From a virus: 64,000 bases of DNA. The stretch spans positions 32,001-96,000 of IMG/VR virus record IMGVR_UViG_3300021963_000038; one strand, given 5' to 3'. Position 1 is the first letter of the stretch. Each line of letters begins with the position of its first letter. Position numbers and translations under genes: made by a program. Shown piece by piece: positions 1 through 9,322 of this stretch. Below the pieces are notes generated by a model. That model was not told where the DNA came from and did no database searches. It saw only the letters and a list, made by a program, of their open reading frames with translations.

Positions 1-3
1 AAC

Positions 4-336
4 GTGGCAGCATTCACAGAATTGTTAATTGAACAAGGTGCAACATTTTCAACCACAGTTAATGTAGAAGATACCGCTGGTGCTGCTATAAACTTATATG
101 GTTATTCAGCATCTTCTCAAATGCGTAAATCTTATTACGCTACATCAAACACAATAATTACTTCAACCATTACAGGCAATGCTAATGGTGAAATTACTCT
201 TTCTATGACAGCAGCTAATACTGCTAATTTGACACCTGGCCGGCAAGTTTTTGATTTGCTTATCACCTCACCATCTTCTGTAAAAACAAGAGTTGTTGAA
301 GGAATTATTGTAATATCGCCAGGAGTTACGCAATAA
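4..336 (+). CDS. putative virion structural protein
   Basis: 110 aa, Thr/Ser-rich beta-type ORF (IEQGATF...RVVEGIIVISPGVT) of a kind seen upstream of tail-fibre genes in T4-like phages; GTG start at window edge. Confidence 0.6.
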   Translation: MAAFTELLIEQGATFSTTVNVEDTAGAAINLYGYSASSQMRKSYYATSNTIITSTITGNANGEITLSMTAANTANLTPGRQVFDLLITSPSSVKTRVVEGIIVISPGVTQ

Positions 337-584
337 TGGCAGTCAATGCTAGAATAAATTCAAGTGGTACTATTGGCCAAGTAAAGTTAACTCAGCAAAC
401 TCGGTCAACGATTGCTGCACAGAATTTTGCACCTAAACCAAACGTATCATTAACTGAGTTGAATGATATTAATGTTTCTGGTGTTCAAGATAAACAAGTC
501 CTTCAATTTGATTCTGCAACAGGTAAGTTTGTAGCCAATACAGTTACCGCCACAGTAGTTTCAGTTAATGGTGGTAGTTTCTAA
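336..584 (+). CDS. small virion-associated protein ending GGSF
   Basis: Coupled TAATG start; LTELNDINV...VLQFDSATGKF motif typical of phage fibre proteins. Confidence 0.55.
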   Translation: MAVNARINSSGTIGQVKLTQQTRSTIAAQNFAPKPNVSLTELNDINVSGVQDKQVLQFDSATGKFVANTVTATVVSVNGGSF

Positions 585-649
585 TTGCCCTAAAACATAA
601 ATAGACTATAAAACGGATAGAAGCCTTACAATTAAAAGGATATTATTAA

Positions 650-2293
650 ATGGCAAATACAGTAATTCAACTAAAGTGGTCTGACGTAACATCAGCACCA
701 ACTAGCTTAAATGTCGGTGAGGCGGCATATTCAAATACCTCACATAAGTTATACATCGGTGATACTGCTGGTAATGTATTAACTATTGGTGGTAAGTATT
801 TTACAGACCAACAAGGTCTAATATTTACAAAAACCAACGTAGCATTTGATACTGCCAATAGTGCGGCTTCATATGCTAACGCAGCCTTTACTGCGGCTAA
901 TACTGGTGGTGCAGGTGCTGCATATGCAAATGCGGCTTTTGCAACTGCTAACTCAGCTGCATCTTATGGTAATTCTGGTTTTGCAGTTGCCAATAGTGCA
1001 GCTTCTTATGCCAACTCATCATTTATTTTAGCTAATGGTCATTCAGGAATTATTAATTCTGCTGCATCATATGCTAACTCTGGTTTTTCTGCTGCCAATA
1101 GTGCATCAACTTATGCAAATGCGGCTTTCTTACAGGCGAATACACCAAGTTATGTATCTAACTCAGCTGCATCATATGCTAACTCAGGATTTGCGGTAGC
1201 CAATTCTGGTTCATCTTATGCAAATAGTGCTTTCACTCGTGCTAATAATAGTATCAATGCAAACACAGGCGGTACAATTACTGCCGATTTGGTTATTACT
1301 GGTAACTTAACTGTTCAAGGTAATACAACATATGTTAATACTCAAACAATCACCACACAAGATTCGTTAATTCGTCTTGCTAATAACAATACTGTTGGTG
1401 ATACAGTTGATATTGGTATTTACGGTGCATATAATCCAGGTAGTGGTGTAAAATATACTGGTCTTGTTAGACAAGCTGGTGCGAATTATTTCTTATTCCA
1501 AAATATTACTACTGACCCAACAGCAAACGTATTAGCTCCTGGGTCATTAACTGCTGCTAACACAGGCACATTGACTGCCAATTTAACTTCATATGCCGTT
1601 TCTATTAATGGTGTTGATGTTGAAACAAATGAAAATAGAATTTTCACACAAGCAAATTCTGCATATGCAACAGCCAATAGTGCAGCCAATTATGCTAATT
1701 CCGCTTTCTTGGCTGCCAACACACCAAGTTATGTAGCAAACTCAGCTGCAAGTTATGCAAATAGTGGATTCGCAGTTGCAAATAGTTCTGCAAGTTATGC
1801 TAACTCTGCATTTGGTTTAGGCAACTCTGCATTTGCAGTTGCTAATAGTGCCGCTAGTTACGCAAATAGTGGATTTGCTGTTGCTAATAGTTCTGCTTCA
1901 TATGCTAATTCTGGATTTGCAGTTGCTAACTCGGCCGCATCTTATGCTAACTCTGGATTTGCTAAAGCAAATACGGACTTCACCAACATCAGTATTAGTG
2001 CTGCTGATTATGGTTCAGCTTCAGCAGTTGCCGCATTTAAAGTTGAAGCAAATGGTCGTATCAGTTCTGCTAACTCAACTACAATTGCAATCGCAGCTTC
2101 ACAAATTACTTCTGGTACATTAGGTGTTGCACGAGGCGGTACTGGTGCTGGTACATTTACAAACAATGGTGTTTTATTGGGTCAAGGTACTAGTGCGTTT
2201 AGTACAGCATCATCTTCAACTGAAGGTCATGTATTGACTATCAATGCTTCTGGTGTTCCGACATTCTCACATTTACAAGGTGGAACATTTTAA
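650..2293 (+). CDS. tail fibre-like protein with ANSAASYANS repeats
   Basis: N-terminal MANTVIQLKWS head, many 7/14-aa Ala/Asn/Ser repeats, GTLGVARGGTG motif, C-terminal GGTF. Confidence 0.7.
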   Translation: MANTVIQLKWSDVTSAPTSLNVGEAAYSNTSHKLYIGDTAGNVLTIGGKYFTDQQGLIFTKTNVAFDTANSAASYANAAFTAANTGGAGAAYANAAFATANSAASYGNSGFAVANSAASYANSSFILANGHSGIINSAASYANSGFSAANSASTYANAAFLQANTPSYVSNSAASYANSGFAVANSGSSYANSAFTRANNSINANTGGTITADLVITGNLTVQGNTTYVNTQTITTQDSLIRLANNNTVGDTVDIGIYGAYNPGSGVKYTGLVRQAGANYFLFQNITTDPTANVLAPGSLTAANTGTLTANLTSYAVSINGVDVETNENRIFTQANSAYATANSAANYANSAFLAANTPSYVANSAASYANSGFAVANSSASYANSAFGLGNSAFAVANSAASYANSGFAVANSSASYANSGFAVANSAASYANSGFAKANTDFTNISISAADYGSASAVAAFKVEANGRISSANSTTIAIAASQITSGTLGVARGGTGAGTFTNNGVLLGQGTSAFSTASSSTEGHVLTINASGVPTFSHLQGGTF

Positions 2294-2314
2294 TTATTAT
2301 GAAAAGGAATCGTT

Positions 2315-2800
2315 ATGAGTGTAGAATTTTCAAATGTATATCAAGAGGTTCTGCTTGAAAACTTAGATGTAATACTCAAGCAGAATTTTCTATTTCAAGC
2401 AAAATTAAAAATGTTTGAAAGAGAAATTGGTTTTCGTGCAGAGATGCAGGCAAAAATTGATGAGCTTACAGTAAAACACCAAGAGGCTTTGGAACAAATT
2501 GGCCAAACACAACATTATAAGGTACAAGCGGAAAGTAATGATGCAATAGTTCAAGAGAAATCTAGAATTCAATCTGCTTTAAATGATACCATGCGAGAGC
2601 TTGGTGTAACAAAAAATTCATTGGAATCAAAAGAAAAAGAAGTAGAAGAAATGAAATCTCGTATTTCGGAACTAGAAAAATTAATTCCACCCGCACCTAA
2701 AGTTGTCAAAAAAGTTACTGTAAAGACTGAAGAAAAGCCTGTTGAAATTTCTGCTACTGAAACCGATAAAATAAAGGTTGAGGTTGGCGGTACATTTTAA
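2315..2800 (+). CDS. coiled-coil hypothetical protein ending GGTF
   Basis: AAGGA RBS; E/K/Q-rich heptads. Confidence 0.6.
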   Translation: MSVEFSNVYQEVLLENLDVILKQNFLFQAKLKMFEREIGFRAEMQAKIDELTVKHQEALEQIGQTQHYKVQAESNDAIVQEKSRIQSALNDTMRELGVTKNSLESKEKEVEEMKSRISELEKLIPPAPKVVKKVTVKTEEKPVEISATETDKIKVEVGGTF

Positions 2801-3732
2801 TGGCAAACACAGTAATACAACTTAAACATTCAACCTTAACAGGTAATGTTCCGCCATCGCTTGCTAATGGTGAAATTTCCATTAACAGTCGTGATGGAAA
2901 GTTTTTCTATTCCACTCCCGCCGGTGCAATCATCACTCATTATCCTTATTTGGGACCAGCAGGTCTCAATAAGGAAGTTCAATTTAATGATTCGGGAACT
3001 CTTGGTAGCAGTTCAGGTTTAACTTTTGATAAAGCAACCGGATTACTATCTTCCACTTTATTAAAATCAACACAATCTTCTGGTGATGAAGGTGGACAAA
3101 TTGATTTAGCTTTAGCTGCAACAAACCAATCACTAAGTGGTGCAGTTGCTATTGATATATTTCAAAATAAATTAAGAATTTTTGAAACTACTGGCACCAA
3201 TCGTGGTGTCTATATTGATATAGCGAATGGTGCGTCTGCTGGAGTAGGAACAAACTTATTAGCACCAAATTCATCTACTGATGGTTGGGCAAGAGGTCAA
3301 GCTAACGCATCTTTTGCAACTGCTAATAGTGCAGCTAGTTATGCCAATTCAGCTTTTGCACAAGCAAACTCAGCGTCAGGTGCTGCAGCTGCATCTTCAT
3401 ACGCAAATTCCGCATTTGCAAAAGCCAATACCGCTCAATCAACCGCATCTAGTGCCGCTAGTGCGGCCGCAGCTGCTCAATCTACTGCGGATGCAGCGTA
3501 TAACACCAATGATTTTGCTTCAATATATACGCCAAATAATTCTGTTACTGTTACGGCATCTGCTAGAAATGATACGTTCACAATCGTTGGTGAATCTGGT
3601 GTTGCAGTTTGGGGTAATTCTGGGACTAAAACAATCGCAATAGCTGGTACTCCAGGTGCTCAAGGATTGACTGTTGATTATGGGTTTGTTGCGGATCCTT
3701 TATATTATGCCATTGATTACGGAACACTATAA
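2800..3732 (+). CDS. tail fibre-like protein
   Basis: MANTVIQLKHS head paralogous to 650..2293; VQFNDSG motif; ANSA repeats. Confidence 0.65.
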   Translation: MANTVIQLKHSTLTGNVPPSLANGEISINSRDGKFFYSTPAGAIITHYPYLGPAGLNKEVQFNDSGTLGSSSGLTFDKATGLLSSTLLKSTQSSGDEGGQIDLALAATNQSLSGAVAIDIFQNKLRIFETTGTNRGVYIDIANGASAGVGTNLLAPNSSTDGWARGQANASFATANSAASYANSAFAQANSASGAAAASSYANSAFAKANTAQSTASSAASAAAAAQSTADAAYNTNDFASIYTPNNSVTVTASARNDTFTIVGESGVAVWGNSGTKTIAIAGTPGAQGLTVDYGFVADPLYYAIDYGTL

Positions 3733-3735
3733 ATA
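3728..3735 (+). promoter_or_regulatory. T4-type late promoter TATAAATA
   Basis: Exact gp55 consensus just upstream of the 3742 ATG. Confidence 0.7.
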
Positions 3736-3741
3736 ACTATT

Positions 3742-5598
3742 ATGTCAACACAAGTTCAATTTAGACGGGGCAATACATCACAGACTAGCACATTCACTGG
3801 TGCTACGGCTGAGATTACTGTTGATACCGATAAGAAAACGATAGTTGTCCATGACGGAACAACTGTTGGTGGTTTTGCTTTAGCTAGAGAAAATTCAAGT
3901 AATACTGCTGGCTCATATGCCAACTCCGCATATGCAACTGCCAACTCTGCCGCTAGTTATGCTAATGCAGCTTTCGCTGTTGCTAATTCAGATACTTCAG
4001 CCGCAAATACTGGTGCTGCCTATGCCAATTCGGCATTTGCTGTATCAAATAGTGCCGCTAGTTATGCAAATAGTGGATTTGCCGTTGCTAACTCATCAGC
4101 AAGTTATGCCAATTCAGGATTCATAACTGCTAATAGTGCTGGTGTATATGCTAATAGTGCGTTTGCTGCGGCTAATGCAGCTACTGCTACCGATGCAACA
4201 CAAAATACTAATATTACAAATGCTGGTACATATGCTAATGCTGGTTTTGCAGTAGCCAATTCAGCATCATCATATGCAAATGCGGCCTTTTTGCAGGCAA
4301 ACACACCAAGCTATACTGCTAATTCAGCTGCTAGTTATGCTAATTCAGCATTTGGTATTGCAAATAATGCCTTTACTTCAAGTAATGGTGCAATTGTTTG
4401 GTCTACTGCCAACTCTGCAGCAAGTTATGCCAATTCAGGATTCATAACTGCTAATTCAGCTGCTAGTTATGCTAATGCAGCTTTTGCTTCAGCAAATTTA
4501 ATTAATGGTGTTGACTTAACACAAAATACCAACATTTCTTCTGCTGCTTCATATGCTAACTCTGCTTTCTTACAAGCAAATACTCCTAGTAATGTATCAA
4601 ATTCAGCCGCAAGTTATGCTAACTCTGCGTTCACTAGAGCTAATAATAGTATCAACGCAAATACTGGTGGCACAATTTCTGGTGATTTAAGTATTACTGG
4701 TAATTTAACTGTAACAGGTTTAACAACTTATACAAATACTACAACTGTATTGATTGCTGATAATATTATCACACTTAATGCAGCTATTAGTCAATCAGGT
4801 CAACCAGCAGTAAATGCTGGTATTGAAATTGACCGTGGCGCACAACCAAATTCTTCATTCTTATGGATTGAAACTTCAGGCAAATGGGCGGCAAACAATG
4901 GTAACAATACAATATTCATTGCAGCTGATTCAGCAGAATCATATGCTAATGCAGCTTTTGCTTCAGCAAATTTAATTAATGGTGTTGACTTAACACAAAA
5001 TACCAATATTACAAATGCAGGCACTTATGCTAACGCAGCTTTCTTACAAGCAAACACTCCATCATATGTTGCAAATAGTGCCGCTAGTTACGCCAATTCT
5101 GGATTTGCGGTAGCGAATAGTGGCAGTTCATATGCTAACTCGGCTTTCTTAGTTGCTAATAATGGTGTTGGTATTGATGTTACACAGAATACCAATATTA
5201 CAAACGCAGGCACTTATGCTAATTCGGGATTTGCTGTTGCTAATTCTGCTGCCATTTATGCTAATTCTGCTTTCTTATCAGCAAATACTCCTAGTAATGT
5301 AGCAAACTCTGCGGCTTTGTATGCTAACTCCGCTTTCGCAGCAGCAAACAATTCATCGTCTGCCGGTTCTTACGGTAACTCTGCATTTGCTGTTGCTAAT
5401 TCATCAGCATCTTATGCAAATAGTGCTTTTGCAAAAGCTAATACAGATTTTACAAATATTTCAATAACGGATGGCACATATGGTAATTCAACATATTATC
5501 CTGTTATTACTGTTTCTGCAAATGGTAGAGTTAATGTTGTAACAACTCAAGTAGTAACTGACCCAAGTGCTATCGCATTTGCCATTGCTTTAGGATAA
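3742..5598 (+). CDS. tail fibre protein with Mtd N-terminal-like domain and ANS repeats
   Basis: QVQFRRG..FTGA..EITVDTDKKTIVVHDG..GG head; repeats; ends AIAFAIALG. Confidence 0.7.
   Translation: MSTQVQFRRGNTSQTSTFTGATAEITVDTDKKTIVVHDGTTVGGFALARENSSNTAGSYANSAYATANSAASYANAAFAVANSDTSAANTGAAYANSAFAVSNSAASYANSGFAVANSSASYANSGFITANSAGVYANSAFAAANAATATDATQNTNITNAGTYANAGFAVANSASSYANAAFLQANTPSYTANSAASYANSAFGIANNAFTSSNGAIVWSTANSAASYANSGFITANSAASYANAAFASANLINGVDLTQNTNISSAASYANSAFLQANTPSNVSNSAASYANSAFTRANNSINANTGGTISGDLSITGNLTVTGLTTYTNTTTVLIADNIITLNAAISQSGQPAVNAGIEIDRGAQPNSSFLWIETSGKWAANNGNNTIFIAADSAESYANAAFASANLINGVDLTQNTNITNAGTYANAAFLQANTPSYVANSAASYANSGFAVANSGSSYANSAFLVANNGVGIDVTQNTNITNAGTYANSGFAVANSAAIYANSAFLSANTPSNVANSAALYANSAFAAANNSSSAGSYGNSAFAVANSSASYANSAFAKANTDFTNISITDGTYGNSTYYPVITVSANGRVNVVTTQVVTDPSAIAFAIALG
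4468..5006 (+). repeat. 65-bp perfect direct repeat (4468-4532 and 4942-5006) in the fibre gene
   Basis: tatgctaatgcagcttttgcttcagcaaatttaattaatggtgttgacttaacacaaaataccaa present twice; also a 38-bp repeat at 4097-4134 and 4418-4455. Confidence 0.85.
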
Positions 5599-5601
5599 AA
5601 T

Positions 5602-6558
5602 ATGTCAAAACCAGCAACAAGAGCACAATTTAAAACTTACTGTTTGAGAGAACTTGGTTTTCCTGTTATCGAAATAAATGTCGATGATGACCAAGTGGAA
5701 GACCGTATTGATGAAGCACTATCATTTTGGAATGACTATCATTTTGATGGTCAACAAAAAATGTATATGAAACATCAAATTACGGCAGAAGATATTAACC
5801 GCCGTTGGATTTATTGTCCTGATGCCGTATCTTTTGTAACTGGTATATTTCCATTTGACCAATCAAACGCATCTATCAATATGTTTGATTTGCGTTATCA
5901 ATTGCGTTTGCATGACCTTTATGACTTCACATCGGTATCGTATGTGTCATATGAAATTACCATGCAACACATTCGTACATTAAATTTATTGTTCTCTGGT
6001 ACACCACAATTTAGATTTAATCGCCATCAAAATAAAGTATTTCTTGATATTGATTGGACAAGAGATGTTCTTATTGGTCAATATGTAATTGTTGAATGTT
6101 ATCGAAAACTTGTACCAGATACAGTAACAATATCTGGCAAAATTACATATACGGCCAATTCAAATACCATTACAGGTTATGGTACAACATTTGACCAAGA
6201 ACTCATGGAAAATGATTTCATTACTTTAAATGGTGTTGACACAATTCAAATTTCTACAATCAACTCACCAACATCAATTACTGTTCGTGGTCCATTTGCA
6301 AATAGTGCGGCAAATACAACTGCAACAATTGCTGGTAACTCTGATGTTTGGAATGATAGATATCTAAAAAAATATGGTACTGCATTAATTAAAAGACAAT
6401 GGGGAGCTAATCTCAAAAAGTTTGCTGGTATACAAATGCCAGGTGGTGTAACTTTAAATGGTCAACAAATATATGATGAAGCCATTGCTGAGATTAAGGA
6501 ACTAGAAGAAGAAATGTATGTGGTTAATGCCTTGCCAACTGAGATAATGATGGGTTGA
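5602..6558 (+). CDS. gp13: neck protein gp13
   Basis: YCLRELGFPVIEINVDDDQVEDRID and QWGANLKKF..MPGGVTLNG motifs; synteny. Confidence 0.92.
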   Translation: MSKPATRAQFKTYCLRELGFPVIEINVDDDQVEDRIDEALSFWNDYHFDGQQKMYMKHQITAEDINRRWIYCPDAVSFVTGIFPFDQSNASINMFDLRYQLRLHDLYDFTSVSYVSYEITMQHIRTLNLLFSGTPQFRFNRHQNKVFLDIDWTRDVLIGQYVIVECYRKLVPDTVTISGKITYTANSNTITGYGTTFDQELMENDFITLNGVDTIQISTINSPTSITVRGPFANSAANTTATIAGNSDVWNDRYLKKYGTALIKRQWGANLKKFAGIQMPGGVTLNGQQIYDEAIAEIKELEEEMYVVNALPTEIMMG

Positions 6559-6564
6559 TAATGA

Positions 6565-7455
6565 ATGGCAACGAACTTTTACTTTAATCCTTTTCCGATA
6601 AATCAAATTACCAGCGAGCAATTGCTGGTGGAAGACCTCGTCATCGAGGCTATGGGTATTTACGGCATGGATGTTTATTATATGCCAAGGTCATCTGGTG
6701 ATGAAGTAGATTTGCTTTATGGTGAAGATACACTGAAACAATATACATCAGCATACCCACTTGAAATGTATCTTGAAGATGTTACTGGTATGGAAGGTGA
6801 AGGCGATTTTATGTCCAAATTTGGACTTGAGATTCGTGATGAAGTAACTCTGTTAGTTTCTCGCCGTAGATTTTTATATACTGTAAATCAAAGTCGACCA
6901 AATGAAGGTGATTTGGTTTACATTCCAATGTTACAGAATTTCTTTGAGATTACTTTTGTTGAACACGAAAATAATCAAGCAATGTATTACACATTAGGCC
7001 GTGGTCGTGGCGGTAATGTTTATGTGTATGCATTGAAAATGAAACAATGGGTATTCTCTAATGAACTTGTTCTTACAGGTAACGCAGAGATTGATGGTCA
7101 AATTAGAGATGCATACCCAAGAACAAAACTTTCTTTGGCTGCTGGTGGTTCAGGAACATTTGTACCTGACGAAATAGTTTATCAAGGTGCGAATGTTGCA
7201 ACAGCAACAGCTACTGCAACTGTTCATAATTATGTTTCAGGTTCTCAACTATTCATATATCGCACCACAGGAACATTTGCCTCATCTACTCAGGTTAAAG
7301 GCAATACAAGTGGTGCAGTATGGAATGTTAGTGCCACTTCCGACACATCTACAATGGATAATGCATTTGAAGATGTTATTGATAATAATCGTATTGAAAC
7401 TGAAGCCGATGCTGTTATTGACTTCACAGAACATAACCCATTTGGTGAAGCATAA
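6565..7455 (+). CDS. gp14: neck protein gp14
   Basis: EQLLVEDLVIE..YGMDVYYMPR, SKFGLEIRDE, RPNEGDLVY, DFTEHNPFGE. Confidence 0.92.
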   Translation: MATNFYFNPFPINQITSEQLLVEDLVIEAMGIYGMDVYYMPRSSGDEVDLLYGEDTLKQYTSAYPLEMYLEDVTGMEGEGDFMSKFGLEIRDEVTLLVSRRRFLYTVNQSRPNEGDLVYIPMLQNFFEITFVEHENNQAMYYTLGRGRGGNVYVYALKMKQWVFSNELVLTGNAEIDGQIRDAYPRTKLSLAAGGSGTFVPDEIVYQGANVATATATATVHNYVSGSQLFIYRTTGTFASSTQVKGNTSGAVWNVSATSDTSTMDNAFEDVIDNNRIETEADAVIDFTEHNPFGEA

Positions 7456-8459
7456 TGTTAGGTAATGCACATTTCTATAATCGTACCATTCGCAAAATTG
7501 TTGTTGCGTTTGGTTCTATGTTTAATGATATTCTTTTGACTCGTTATTCAAAAGACGGACTTACTGCACATGAAATAACCAAAGTGCCATTAAACTATGG
7601 ACCAAAAGAAAAATATTTGGTGCGTATTAATTCTGACCCAACATTAACAAAATCAATAGCCACAACCGTACCTCGTATGAGTTTTAACTTAGACGGTATG
7701 GCATACGACACAACCAGAAAACAACAAACAACATTACAGAATTTTGGGTTTAGTTCAGGAACATTTAAAACTCAATATGTTCCTATTCCATACAATTTTG
7801 ATTTTAGTTTGTCAATCTATGTTCGCAACACAGAAGATGGTACACAAATCTTAGAACAGATATTGCCATTCTTCACACCAGATTTTACGGTCACCATGGA
7901 TTTTATTGCTGACATGGACCAAGTTTACGATATGCCTGTGCTTCTGAATTCAGTAACACCTGAAATTGATTATGAGGGTGAATTGATGAACACAAGATTG
8001 ATTATTTGGAATCTTTCATTTACCGCAAAAGCATACATTTGGCCGCCAGTTAAAACACCTTCTGCGGGCAAATTAATTACACAAGCTAATGTCAACATAT
8101 ATACCGATTCAACGAATCTTGATTCACAGAAAGTTTATGTTAACTTCAATACTGGAACTGGTGTATATACAACAGGTGAAAATATAACTGTTGAAACTCG
8201 TGGAGTTACAGGTAAAGTTTTATACTTTAGTAACACATCAACTGGTGTTCTTGTCTTAACAGATTTGAATAAGAAGATTCAAGCTAACGATAAAATAACT
8301 GGTGTTTATTCAAACTCAACATTTACTGTTACCCGTATTGATACTTCTCCAACAAAAGCTGTTGCAATCGTTGTAACGCCTAATCCGCCTACTGCCAACG
8401 GAAATGGTCCGTATGGTTTTGAAGAAACATTTACAGATTGGCCACAAACTTTAATATGA
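7455..8459 (+). CDS. gp15: tail sheath stabilizer/completion protein gp15
   Basis: HFYNRTIRKIVVAFGSMFN, VPLNYGPKEK, QILEQILPFFTP. Confidence 0.92.
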   Translation: MLGNAHFYNRTIRKIVVAFGSMFNDILLTRYSKDGLTAHEITKVPLNYGPKEKYLVRINSDPTLTKSIATTVPRMSFNLDGMAYDTTRKQQTTLQNFGFSSGTFKTQYVPIPYNFDFSLSIYVRNTEDGTQILEQILPFFTPDFTVTMDFIADMDQVYDMPVLLNSVTPEIDYEGELMNTRLIIWNLSFTAKAYIWPPVKTPSAGKLITQANVNIYTDSTNLDSQKVYVNFNTGTGVYTTGENITVETRGVTGKVLYFSNTSTGVLVLTDLNKKIQANDKITGVYSNSTFTVTRIDTSPTKAVAIVVTPNPPTANGNGPYGFEETFTDWPQTLI

Positions 8460-8872
8460 GCAAGACAGATAAAAAATTATCAGAAATATTTGATGTTGAC
8501 CCAATTTCAAATGAAGTTGAGGTGGTAACACATACAGAAATTGTACCAATTCAATCTGAAGATGTAGTTGAAACAGATACCGATTATGCTCGTAAAAATA
8601 TCAGAAACTTAATTGATAAAGGTAATGTTGCAGTAGACAATCTGTTACAAGTTTCAAAAGAATCGGAACATCCAAGAGCATATGAAGTTGTTGCTGGTCT
8701 TATGAAAACAATGGCTGACTTAAATAAAGATTTGCTTGAACTACAAAAACGCAAAAAAGATTTGCAACCGCAACTAGATAGTGTATCTAATCGTGGAAGT
8801 ATTACAGTAGAGAAAGCAGTATTTGTTGGTTCAACGGCAGAATTACTTAAACAAATTAGAGATAATAAATAG
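8456..8872 (+). CDS. gp16: terminase small subunit gp16
   Basis: DYARKN..SEHPRAYEV..FVGSTAELLK; start placed at the ATGA overlap with the gp15 stop. Confidence 0.9.
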   Translation: MSKTDKKLSEIFDVDPISNEVEVVTHTEIVPIQSEDVVETDTDYARKNIRNLIDKGNVAVDNLLQVSKESEHPRAYEVVAGLMKTMADLNKDLLELQKRKKDLQPQLDSVSNRGSITVEKAVFVGSTAELLKQIRDNK

Positions 8873-8878
8873 GTTACT

Positions 8879-9316
8879 ATGGAAACATTAATTCAACAAC
8901 TAAAAGTAATTTTAGGTACAAACTTTGCGTTGTATCTAAAGAGTCATAACTATCATTGGAATATTGAAGGTTCAAATTTTCCACAATATCATTTATTTCT
9001 TGATGGTTTTTATAATGATGTTTGGGCTCAAACAGATGATATCGCTGAACATATTCGCCGTTTAGATGTTTATGCACCTGGTTCTATGCAAAGATTTTTA
9101 GAATTGTCAGATATTGAAGAAGCAGTTGATTCTATTCCATCTGCAATTATTATGATGCAACATTTAAAAGAAGATAATGACCGTTTTATTGTTCACATTC
9201 GTGCAGGTATTGTTGCAGCTAATCAAGCAGATGAACCAGCTATTTCTAATTTTTTACAAGACCTTCTTGGTGCTCATCAGAAAAAAGCGTGGATGTTGCG
9301 TAGTATTATAAAATAA
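8879..9316 (+). CDS. dps: Dps family ferritin-like DNA protection protein
   Basis: HNYHWNIEG..F..H..L...Y......DDIAEHIR ferroxidase signature and C-terminal H.K.AWML. Confidence 0.9.
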   Translation: METLIQQLKVILGTNFALYLKSHNYHWNIEGSNFPQYHLFLDGFYNDVWAQTDDIAEHIRRLDVYAPGSMQRFLELSDIEEAVDSIPSAIIMMQHLKEDNDRFIVHIRAGIVAANQADEPAISNFLQDLLGAHQKKAWMLRSIIK

Positions 9317-9322
9317 TATAAG

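Noticed and set aside
3742-5598. Diversity-generating retroelement suggested by the Mtd-like N-terminus and repeats
   Set aside because: No reverse transcriptase in the window; the repeats are in-frame identical copies, not adenine-specific TR/VR pairs
650-5598. CRISPR-like array in the repetitive region
   Set aside because: Repeats are coding, vary at synonymous positions and lack unique spacers
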